32,000 nucleotides of DNA from Candidatus Thorarchaeota archaeon (lineage in GTDB: Archaea > Asgardarchaeota > Heimdallarchaeia > Hodarchaeales > Hodarchaeaceae), in the NCBI GenBank assembly GCA_048882505.1, contig JBHLRO010000001.1, positions 1 through 32,000 of the forward strand, read 5' to 3'. Below, in pieces: positions 9,510 to 20,100 of this stretch. The position numbers and the translations under genes were made by a program. Each line of letters begins with the position of its first letter. Position 1 is the stretch's first letter. Below the pieces are notes generated by a model, which saw only the letters and a list, made by a program, of their open reading frames with translations, was not told the DNA's origin and searched no databases.

Positions 9510-11195
9510 ATGAATCAATACAGTTCGTTTTTAAAGCCATCGGATTTATCGTTGGTTGTCGGTAGGCAAGAACATCAAAGCCGCTTTGAAACACTTCTTA
9601 CACGATTTATCGCTGGTGACCTAGAGCGGAATCTTATAATTATATCTGGTTCTCCGGGGATGGGTAAATCCACTCTGCTTGGCCTTTATCGTAAGATTGC
9701 AGGACAAAAGAAAATAGCCTATATCCAACCTACAATAAGAATGGGCGAAAAGAGCCAAGATTTATTCCGAGAGATATACAAGGCGCTATCGCCCAATCTA
9801 GAACCTGAAAAGAAGGCATTTTTAAAAAAAGCCAAAGAAATACAAATAGGCTTTGTCGTTTCCAACCAGACTTCTTCTGATATAACTTCAGGCTTTCTTA
9901 ATAATTTGCAGGTGCGACCCCCCGCAAGGCCAATCATAATTGCCTTTGATCCAGTTGATCGGATTCTAGACACAAACAATTACATTTTTGAGGTTTTGAA
10001 AGATCTAATTAAATCCCTTCGGGGGAAATTTCCGCTCTTCTTCATTGTTGTCGTACAAAAGTACAATTCGTATCGTATTAAAGAATTCCTTCGAATGGGA
10101 GAACATATCACAGTAGATAGTCTTAACTTCGATGATTCCAAATTTTTGCTTTCCAAACTATCATATGGACCCCCACGAACTAGTGAACATCTAATTGAAG
10201 TTTTTTTAAAAAGATCTGATCGCTCTCCTTTTAATTTGGTTTTTATTTCTGAAGTAATAGCTTGGGTTAAAGAAAAAATCAAGATCGAAGGATTGGATGA
10301 AAAAGAGGCTCTGATTAATGAACTAGCCCAACCTTTCGTTAAAAACTTCGCCCTTCGTGCTTTCATCCAAGAAATCTTTGATATTTCCAAGGATGAAGAC
10401 AAAGCTATTCAAATAATGCTGAACTCTCCTCAAAATGCAGTGAATAGGGAATCCCTAATCCCGATGATTTCTAAAAAAACCCTAGAAAAACTATTGAAGA
10501 AAGCGTTAGTGATAAGTCAAGGCGATTATTACCAATTTTCCAGTTATGCACTATATCATTTTCTGGGATTGGGAACCAGAGTAGTAAATCGTACTACTGA
10601 AATCGAACTCTTGCTTAAGGTCCTTGAGGACGATATAAGGCAGGAATTTGCTATCAACCCAACCGTACTCGAAAGACTTGAACAAATTGCTCTAACAACA
10701 GCTTATCTCGAGGACTCCTCTATTCCTGTCCGGGCTAAAACGTTGTATGATATTGCTATTGATCAAAAGAAGTACTATACGGCCTTCAGACTAGCTCTGT
10801 TGATAGGAAATCTATTTCGTATTGCAAAAGATGGATATGGAAGTGGTCATTTTCTAGAAGAGTGCGCCCAGAATTTATATTTTCTTGATAAGGTTCAGTA
10901 CGCGACAATTTTATTTGACAGGGCATTGGAAGCTTATCGTTTTGCTGATCGAAAAAAGGAGTTCCTTGAAATTGCGCAAAAATCAGCCTCGGTTTACCTA
11001 AAGCAAGCGGAACAGTATAAAGACAAAAATCAAATTGGGCTTGCACGCGCATCGTTCTATCATTCCATTCAGCTTTTCAGACAAGCTAATGATTATGATT
11101 CTGCTAGAGAGGCAGGTAATAAGGTTATTCAAACATATGAAAAGTCTGTTCATCAAAAATACTTTAAAAAACTATTACCATCCATTAAACTATAG
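9510..11195 (+). CDS. P-loop NTPase (AAA+/STAND-like, archaeal ATPase type) with probable winged helix and C-terminal TPR/SNAP-like helical repeats
   Basis: VVGRQE, Walker A GSPGMGKS (9648-9671), Walker-B-like IIIAFDPVD (9933-9959), Ala/Tyr-rich helical repeats at the C-terminus. ATG at 9510 follows GAGGA (the track starts at TTG 9495). Confidence 0.75.
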   Translation: MNQYSSFLKPSDLSLVVGRQEHQSRFETLLTRFIAGDLERNLIIISGSPGMGKSTLLGLYRKIAGQKKIAYIQPTIRMGEKSQDLFREIYKALSPNLEPEKKAFLKKAKEIQIGFVVSNQTSSDITSGFLNNLQVRPPARPIIIAFDPVDRILDTNNYIFEVLKDLIKSLRGKFPLFFIVVVQKYNSYRIKEFLRMGEHITVDSLNFDDSKFLLSKLSYGPPRTSEHLIEVFLKRSDRSPFNLVFISEVIAWVKEKIKIEGLDEKEALINELAQPFVKNFALRAFIQEIFDISKDEDKAIQIMLNSPQNAVNRESLIPMISKKTLEKLLKKALVISQGDYYQFSSYALYHFLGLGTRVVNRTTEIELLLKVLEDDIRQEFAINPTVLERLEQIALTTAYLEDSSIPVRAKTLYDIAIDQKKYYTAFRLALLIGNLFRIAKDGYGSGHFLEECAQNLYFLDKVQYATILFDRALEAYRFADRKKEFLEIAQKSASVYLKQAEQYKDKNQIGLARASFYHSIQLFRQANDYDSAREAGNKVIQTYEKSVHQKYFKKLLPSIKL

Positions 11196-11241
11196 ACCAG
11201 AATAAAATATGTGCTTAATAAATAAATAAAGGTGTATAAAT

Positions 11242-13398
11242 TTGAAAGCGGAACCAAGAATAAAGTTGGGTCAAATTCAAGATCATAAAACGAAAATTGA
11301 ATCGGACAGGTCACAACTTCAAAAACGGATTCAAAAGTTTCAAGAAGAAGGAAACAAAGCATCTGAAGCCTTTACCAGAACTTTAGATCATTCAAAGACG
11401 AAGATATTATCAGAGATTAGAACGTTAAAGGAAGTTATTGATCAATTAACTGATAGTCTCGAAGATTATAAAAAGAAGTCTCTAGAGTCTGATAAAACCG
11501 CTTTAAACGAACGATTGGATAATCTTGTTGGGGAAATAGCATCAGGAGTGGGAGAACTCAAGAACGAACTAAACGTATTATCCAAAGAGTATGAAGATGA
11601 TATTTCAACGATATATTCAGAAATACCAAGTAAGTTCAACAATGGGCTAGTTGAGATCCAAGCTAATCAAAGAGATCGGATAAATCAATTTGAGGAAAAC
11701 ATGTTTTCCCATATAGAAGGAATGAAGAAGGAAATATTGAGTTTAGTCGATAAAGAGGACACTTGGCAAAGAGGTGTATCATCAAGTCTAATCTCTTCAA
11801 CTCATGATGCCTTGGTTGAATTCCAGCAAAAAATTCGATCTCTTGCGGACTCTAAAATACATGAATTGAATGAGACATTTTCTGAAACAAACGCCGATTC
11901 AAGCAGAGGAATAGGTATAGCCAAAGAAGGTCTCAAAGCGGAATTAAACAGCGCCGCGAATAGGTTAAATCATACTATAGAGAATCAGAAAGCAAATAAT
12001 ATAGAGCTCCAGTCTACCTTTAGAGGTCATCTGGATGAATCAAGATCAAACTTGAGAAAAACTGTTGAGAAAATCCGCATTCAAACTATGGAGGATTGGA
12101 GTTCAAGGCGAACGGAACAATTGGAAAAGTTGAATGCGATTCAGGATTCCACCTTGAAACAATATGAAGAGGACCTTGCTGTAAATGAACAATTCCAAGA
12201 CAAATTATTGTCAGAATTAGAACACCAAATGCGATCGGAACTTTACACAAGACTTGATAGTGTCTCGCTGACTTTCACACAATTTCAGGATTCGTTCGTT
12301 GAGAAAGTAAATGATCTAATTTCTCGTCTAGCAGCTTTTCGGGATGAGACCAAAGAGAATGTCGATGTTCTTTTGACAAGCAATCTCAAGGCAATTGGTG
12401 AAATCGGTAGGCAAACCGAAGAATACCTTCCAGAGGTATTTACAAGAGTATCAGAAGAATATGATATAAGTAGAAAAAAAACGCTAACAAGCTTAACCAA
12501 GACCGTGAAAGAACGTTACGGTGCTATTAATGATTATGTTGATCGATTTGAAACTATCATCGATGCAAGAATAGAAAAACTGGTCGCTGATCTTGATAAT
12601 TATTTGGTGGAATTAAACAAAGTAACTGGACAATATTCAACTGATACAATTAACAAGAATGGCTTGGCCCTGGATCAGTTCAAAAAGGAAATGATGGAAT
12701 CTTTCAACTCTATTGAAGCAGGTCAGAATAAGAATTTCCAAAAATCTGTTCAGGGTTTGCAGAATATACTTCAATTAAAACAAGAAGAACTGATAAATGA
12801 AATCAGTTCCCTAGTGTCTATGACCGAAGAATATACAGAAACTCAAAGTTCGGTTATCGACGAAAAGAGAGATGAAATTTCTCGCAGAAGTGATGTTAAA
12901 CTTACTGATCTTAAGAAGGAAATAAAGACATTAGAAAATGATGAAAAGAATTTAATTAGGGACATCATAGAAAGATACCACCAAGAGCTCGATGAGAACG
13001 TGAAAGCAATCAGCGAAAACGTTAAAGTTCTAGTTGACAACCTAGGGGATGAACCCAAGAGTAGAGTGTTTGAATTCCGATCTAGGGCTAGTCAGGATTT
13101 TAATCATAGACAAAAAATGATTGACGATTATATGAATACCTTAAATGAACGATTTATTAAATTCTTTGATGATCAACTTTATACACTTGATCATTTCATT
13201 AGTGATAGCCGATCCAAAAGAAAAACGATTGATCTTATACGAGAGAGTCTTGATGAGAAGATAGAAGAGGTCAGCGGCCATATTGATTCAGCCACCGCGA
13301 CGCTTCATGATAATTTCCTTATCAATTCCCAAACCATTGTTACTTCTGCAAACCAAGTAGTTACTTCGATAGAAGAACTAATCAAATCCTTAAGATGA
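11242..13398 (+). CDS. 718-aa soluble all-alpha coiled-coil/amphipathic helical protein (apolipoprotein-like 11-residue periodicity), function unknown
   Basis: E/K/L/S/D-rich, no Cys seen, about 4 Pro, no signal peptide or TM segment; TTG start preceded by AAGGTG. Confidence 0.8.
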   Translation: MKAEPRIKLGQIQDHKTKIESDRSQLQKRIQKFQEEGNKASEAFTRTLDHSKTKILSEIRTLKEVIDQLTDSLEDYKKKSLESDKTALNERLDNLVGEIASGVGELKNELNVLSKEYEDDISTIYSEIPSKFNNGLVEIQANQRDRINQFEENMFSHIEGMKKEILSLVDKEDTWQRGVSSSLISSTHDALVEFQQKIRSLADSKIHELNETFSETNADSSRGIGIAKEGLKAELNSAANRLNHTIENQKANNIELQSTFRGHLDESRSNLRKTVEKIRIQTMEDWSSRRTEQLEKLNAIQDSTLKQYEEDLAVNEQFQDKLLSELEHQMRSELYTRLDSVSLTFTQFQDSFVEKVNDLISRLAAFRDETKENVDVLLTSNLKAIGEIGRQTEEYLPEVFTRVSEEYDISRKKTLTSLTKTVKERYGAINDYVDRFETIIDARIEKLVADLDNYLVELNKVTGQYSTDTINKNGLALDQFKKEMMESFNSIEAGQNKNFQKSVQGLQNILQLKQEELINEISSLVSMTEEYTETQSSVIDEKRDEISRRSDVKLTDLKKEIKTLENDEKNLIRDIIERYHQELDENVKAISENVKVLVDNLGDEPKSRVFEFRSRASQDFNHRQKMIDDYMNTLNERFIKFFDDQLYTLDHFISDSRSKRKTIDLIRESLDEKIEEVSGHIDSATATLHDNFLINSQTIVTSANQVVTSIEELIKSLR

Positions 13399-14120
13399 AA
13401 CTTTGGCCCACCGAAAATCACACCCCGAAAGGCCCGAATCAAGCTGGATTATTATGACATCGAATAGTGATCCATATTGTTCGATCTGGTTTCAACAAGT
13501 AATCCCACAAGTGCATCAAGTGAAACTCTTCCTTGCTGGTCCTTAGCTTTCCAGATCATTACCTAGGATTCCATCAAGTAAAGTGGTTTTTTGAAAACCT
13601 GTTATCTGTAAATTCTTCATATCTAGAAGACCCCTAGTGAGCTAAATCGAGGAGATCTATTTTATATAGGAATTAAATGGGAAATGTCTCGGTGATTCTT
13701 TGATTATGATCACCATTTCCTTTCTATGTTACATTTCAGTTTATGCCAGATGAGGTAAGCTAACATTCTCTGACGGTCGAAGTAGTTTCCGGGGTCGACA
13801 TTTATCCTTCTTTCGCGAAAAAGTTACAAACTGCTTACATACAAAAACAGGGAAGAAAATGAAGGAGTGGCGAGAGGTTTCCTAAAATGAGGGGCTAGTT
13901 CATATAAAAGCGTATAACTTATCTAGTTTTCCTTTAAAACTCTGGCGGGCTCTAATATCATAATAGGTAGTTCTACATTGCGGCCATTCTTGAACAACCG
14001 ACGATATTCATCTTCGAAACCTTGGATTTCCAACAGGAATAGCCGAATTAATGAGAGTAGGTGACCTTGAATCTCTAGTAACAAGTAGAATGCTCCCCCT
14101 CATCCACATTAGGGAAAAAA

Positions 14121-17100
14121 ATGAAGAGTAAGGGAAGTTTCGAGATGTCTAAGTCTAAAAAGATCGTTTTGACTTTATTCTTCACCATTTATTTCCTGCA
14201 TGTTCTCGCAGTAGTCATCCCCATTCAGGAAGAGGGCTTTCTCAATTCCAATGAATTTACAGCTGGATTTTTGAGGGGATTTGGACTATCAGGGGAAAAA
14301 AGGGGGGATCGCATCGTACCGCGTCTGTCCCGCTCTTCGAATGGCGAGGCTACAAGGGCGTCTTCAGGAGTTCATTTCAAACCCTCCTCGTATTTTATTC
14401 CAGGTTGGGCGGACACTCGCTTTGGTTCTAGGAAGAATATAACGATTAATGCTGCTAAGGTAAGTGCAGATCTAACGAATTTTCCTGTTTTGATCGACTT
14501 GTATGATCCAGATTTACAAAATAACGCCCAAGCTAGCGGAAATGATATCTTTTTCACTGATTCGACGGGCTACACCTTGTATCACGAGATCGAGCTTTAC
14601 GACCGAGTCTACAATTCAACCCATGCTCATTTGGTTGCTTGGGTAAGAACAAACCTTACAGCTTCCCAGAACACTCTTATTTCTATGTATTACGATAATC
14701 CAACTGCAGTGAATCGAGTAAATCCAAAGAGTGTATGGGATGATCAATATGTTGGCGTCTGGCATCTCAAGGAAGATCCTTCAGCTTCATCACCACAGAT
14801 AAAGGATAGTACCTCCTATGGAAATGATGGAGTCGCTCAAGGAGGACTAAATACCAGTGGTCAAATTTCAGCAAAGATGGATGGGGGAATGGATTTTTGG
14901 GGAAGTCAAAACATAAATCTTGGAAATGATCAAAGTTTGGATATAACACAGGAGCTAACTGTTGATCTATGGGTTAATCTCGATATTGATGCTAGTACAG
15001 GATCTTGGCCCCCCATCATAGGTAAGGGTGATGGGGACAGTTTTAATGGATGGATGCTTTTTCAACTTGAGCAGTCCCACACATTAAAATTTGTTTATAA
15101 AAACAGTACCAGTCCTAATTGGATTTTAAGTACGGGAGAACCATCTACGCTTCAATTGGATACTTGGCATCATATTGTCGTTACGTTCAGCGTTTCTCAG
15201 GGAGTAGCACGTCTATACATTGATGGTTCGGTTTTTGATACTTCATTTAATATTGCGGAAATCCTCAGCAGCAGTGATAGTCTGTTTTTTTCGAAAAACA
15301 CGTTTAGCTTCGATGGGAGTCTTGATGAAGTACGTATCTCGAAAGTCGCGCGTTCGGCCGACTGGATTACGACTCAATATAATAATCAATATGACCCTTC
15401 GAGCTTTTATTCCTTAGGAATTGAGCAAAACAGGCCAACATTCAAATCCTGGCCTTTTCCATCAATGCGTTACAGGAAAAACGTGACAATTGATTCCGGA
15501 AGGATAAGTAGTGATCTTACAAACTTTCCATTTTTGTTGAACTTGTCTGATAGTGATCTACATGATAAACAGGAAGTTCAGATAGATGGAGGGGATATCC
15601 TATTTGCAGATAGTTCTGGTGTCCAATTAGACCATGAGATAGAGTTCTTTGACAAGAATTACAATACATCCCATGCCCAACTGGTGGTCTGGATACGCGT
15701 GCCATTTCTCTCAAGTTCTACTGATACCGTGATATCGATGTATTTTGGCAATCCTACAATTGAGAATCAAGAAAACCCTGCTGGAGTCTGGGATGCAAGT
15801 TATTTAAGCGTTTGGCATTTTGATGAGGAAGGCAATGGATCGCGATATGATTCAACCAGCAATAATAACGACGGAACACCTTTCAATTACGAAGGGGATG
15901 AAGCAGTTTTGGGCAAAATCGGAGGTTCTGATAAGCTCGACGGTATTGATGATTATATCGAAGTTAATAAAAGCGGCTCCATCAAAGGCCTATCACAAGT
16001 CACCTTTGAAGGGTGGATAAATATAGGTGATCTTAGCGGAAGTAGTCAGAACATCTATATAGAAACGATTCAAAATACCATTGATACTCGTTTTATTGTA
16101 CATATTTCAACTTCTAACAGTCTTAGGTTTGCGGGACGTGCGCCTGATTCTGATTCGGTCACATTATGGGGTTTTGTGGCAACAATTTCTACAAGTACAT
16201 GGTACCATATCGTTGCGATCTTTGACTCGCTTAATGACATTCAATACTTATATCTCAATGGGGTGGAATACAGTACTGCGCTGAGTGAACCTTCCATAGA
16301 TAATGGGGATCCGTTGAAACCTCCGTCTATAGGAGGATTAGAGGGAGCTGATTTATTTAATGGAACGATTGATGAATTTAGAGTCTCTGCCACTGCAAGA
16401 AATCTTGATTGGATTACCACCGAATATGATAATCAGAACAATCCAACAACCTTTTACACTGTAGGCCCGTTAAAGACGCCCTCTCCAGTCGGAAATTGGG
16501 CATTTCCATGGTTATCTTACAAAAAAGACTTAACGATCAATTCGAATGCTATAAGTGGAACCTTGGACAATTTCCCTCTCCTGGTACGTTTGGATGATAC
16601 TGATTTGGCCTCCTCGAGTATAGTTCAGGATGATGGAGATGATATTGCTTTTGCAGATGATCTGGGAAACAGATTGGATCATGAGATTGAATTTTTTGAT
16701 AAAACCCATAATTCATCATACGCTAGATTAGTGGCTTGGGTCCGAATACCGTATTTATCGAACATAACTGAAACCACGATATCGATGTATTATGGAAGTT
16801 TACTCACGGGCCCTCAGGAGAATCCTGCAGGAGTTTGGGATTCCAATTTTAAAGGGATTTGGCACCTGAATGAAATCTCAAGCATAGGGCCTCCACAGAT
16901 TCGGGATAGCACTGACTATTCGAATGATGGGTATACATACGGATCAATGAACGTAGGTAGCCAAATGGAGGGACAGATAGACGGAAGCTTAAAATTTGAC
17001 GGCGTTAATGACTTTATAAATTGTACTAATTCGACCTCATTGAATATGGGATCCGGTGATTTCACTTTTGCCATGTGGTTTAAGAGCTCAACCTCAGGTG

Positions 17101-20100
17101 CCACGACTCGATTAGGGGGGAAAGGAGCAACTGCTTTTGGGGGCAAGCGTTATAGCTTGGAACTGAGGGATACAGGCAGCGTGAAAGGTGAAATTGATGA
17201 TGACTTCACGAAAGTTGAAGTTACCAGTTCTGGCACAAATTATAACGATGGAAACTGGCATTATGTAGTTCTAGTAAGAGACGGAAACAATTTACGTTTA
17301 TATTTAGACGGAACGGAGGATCCAAATTCTCCCGCTGATATTACAGGTATTGGTGGCTTGGACGATTCAAACGCGTTTTATATTGGTACCCAATACGATA
17401 ATGTCATTCTAGATGTATTCCAATTCTTTAATGGTTCAATTGATGAAGTGTCTATATCAAATACGTCCCGCTCCGCAGACTGGATCCTTTCACGTTGGAC
17501 CAATCACGTCAGTTCAGATAGTTTTTATATTGTAAGGAATCTAGAAAAGAATCCTTTCATAGATGATTGGGCCTATCCTTGGCTTCAATATCGGAAATAT
17601 ATTCAGGTCGATTCAACTAAAATCAGTGGCAGGATGTATGACTTTCCTCTCCTAATCAATATTTCTGATGTTGATCTCCATGACAGTAATAAGGTTCAAA
17701 TTGACGGTAGTGATATTGCATTTGGGGATACGAACGGTATGAGAATCCCTCATGAAATTGAGTATTTTTCTCAAGCAGGTAACGGGACCCACGCCTATTT
17801 GGTTGCCTGGGCAAAGGTTCCTCTCCTCTCCATGAGTACCGCTAACTATATCCTGATGTATTACGGCAATACCGCCGTTTATAACCAGGAAAATGGTACA
17901 GGCGTTTGGAATTCAAATTATGCCGGAGTTTGGCATCTTGGCGATGACCCCTCTCCTTATTATATTGATAGCACGGCGAATAATAATCATGGCGTTGCTC
18001 TAAATTCTCCTCTCAACGATACTTCATCTAAGATTGATGGTGGAGTTTCATTTGATGATTCAAATGACCGTGGGATAAATATTTCTCACTCTTCTTCACT
18101 GGCGATTTCAACAAATATTATGGTTTCTACCTGGATTAAAACAACAGATTCAGATGCAGACGTTGGTGTTGTTGTAAACAAGTGGGGAAATCCAATTGGT
18201 GAGCGGAATTATTGGCTCGGTAAGTTGAACGCCCAAGTATTTGCCTTCTACGTAGATGATAACTATAGTGTACAATACGATCTCTCCAGATTTAATGATG
18301 GCGAATGGCACTATATCGTTTGCACCGCTGCAGATAACGGTATTCTAATAATGTATCTTGATGGGATTCCAGTGAACTCTACTTCATGGGATGGAATATC
18401 TACAACGGGCACAAATGATTTACACATTGGGAAACCTGTTGAAACCACGTTTCAAGAGTTTAATGGCGACGTTGATGAGGTACGGATATCTAAGATTGTA
18501 CGATCCAGAGAATGGGTGAGAACTGAGTACATCAATCAACTGGACCCCAGCAGCTTTTATACTCTTGGAACTGAAGAGGAATCATTACAGTGGTGGGACG
18601 CATCATATTCAATGAGAATGGATATTGGAATAGACAATTCAAAAGTCTCTGGGAACCTTTTCGAATTCCCGCTACTTGTAAATATCACAGATAGCAATCT
18701 AAAATCGGGGAACATACAGGCTGATGCCAGTGACCTATTGTTCACCGAATGGAAAGGGAACAAGCTTAACCACGAAGTGGAATTCTTCAGTCAAGATAGT
18801 ATCGAAGGGCATTTAATTGCATGGGTACAATTGCCAACATTGTCTAATTCCCAATACAACCTAATATCAATGTACTTCAACAATCCGGATCTTCCTGATC
18901 AAGCGAATCCCACAGGAGTGTGGGATACTTATTTCAAAGGAGTATGGCACCTTTCAGAGGATCCTTCGATATCACAAATGAAAGATAGCACGTTCTACAA
19001 TAATGATGGAACTACTTCCAATTTGGCTTCTGATGATCAAGAAAGCGGCCAGATAGATGGCAGCCTTGATTTTGACAATGTTAATGATCAGGTCAATTTT
19101 GGCGACAAATCTTCTCTCAACATGGGTTCAGGTGATTTTTCACTGTCATTGTGGTTTAACTATGATGGAGTTGACAAAGGACCTCTAGCTGGAAAGGGAT
19201 CTTATGGATCGAATGGTATACGATACTATATTGCGGTGGATACAACAGCGGGACTCATAAAAGGTGAAATTGACGATAATGGGGGTTCGGGAAAAAAGAA
19301 TATAACTTCTACTTCAACTTATGCCGATAATTTATGGCATCATGCGGTTCTGGTTAGAGACGGAGCAAATCTACGATTTTACATCGACGGCTCAGAGATC
19401 TCAAGTTCTCCTGTAGATATTACGGGTTATGGTAGTCTTGATCTGGCATTACCGTTTTACATGAATACGTTAGCGAGTGATACTGGCGGAACTCTCAGTG
19501 ATTGGTCTAGTTCCAAACTCGATGAAGTTCGCGTATCCAACCTCGCACGTTCGGGGAATTGGATCTCAGCATCTTATTCAAATCAGCGAAACGCGTCAAG
19601 TTTCTACGTTATCAGTTCAGTTCTATCTTATGACTTAAGCCCTCCCGTAATAAATGATTTTGGAGTAGACGATCTAGGTATAGGAACGGGGATATTCTGG
19701 GCCGATGTTAGTGATGAAGGTTCAAACATCGTGACAGTAGATGTTAGGATCAATGGCAGCGACTTTTCAATGAGTTTCAACGGTACCCATTGGATCTATC
19801 AGCAGCTAGTTATCCTTGGCGCGCTTTACGAGATCCAAATTTTCAATGCTTCTGATAGTAAAGGAAATTATCTTTTTGCTCCCTCAAACCTAAAACAAAT
19901 TTACTTTACAAACGATTTTATAGCTCCCACGGTTGACGATTGGGATTATTTCGATAATATAGGCCCCTATGGAACTTTTCGTGCAAATGTCTCCGATTCA
20001 TGGGGAACGATTGATACAGTTTTGGTAAATGTAACTATGCTGAATAGTGTGCCGCGAAATGATCTTTGGGCAGTCATGGTGAGTAACGGAACAAGTTATG

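Noticed and set aside
13543-13620. Minus-strand 25-aa ORF MKNLQITGFQKTTLLDGILGNDLES resembling the start of NrdG-like radical SAM activases
   Set aside because: No CxxxCxxC motif or continuing homology seen in the downstream frames; too short to call a pseudogene
13399-14120. 720-nt intergenic region checked for CRISPR repeats, tRNA or structured RNA
   Set aside because: No direct-repeat array, cloverleaf or long stem found by eye; probably the regulatory region of the giant gene
14457-14511. The 39-bp repeat reads like a miniature spliceosomal intron (AAG|GTAAGT, CTAAC, pyrimidine tract, then CCAG here or TTAG in the other copy)
   Set aside because: It encodes the DUF2341 motif VSADLTNFPVLI conserved in the other modules; excising 52 or 43 nt would frameshift both genes; archaea have no known spliceosome
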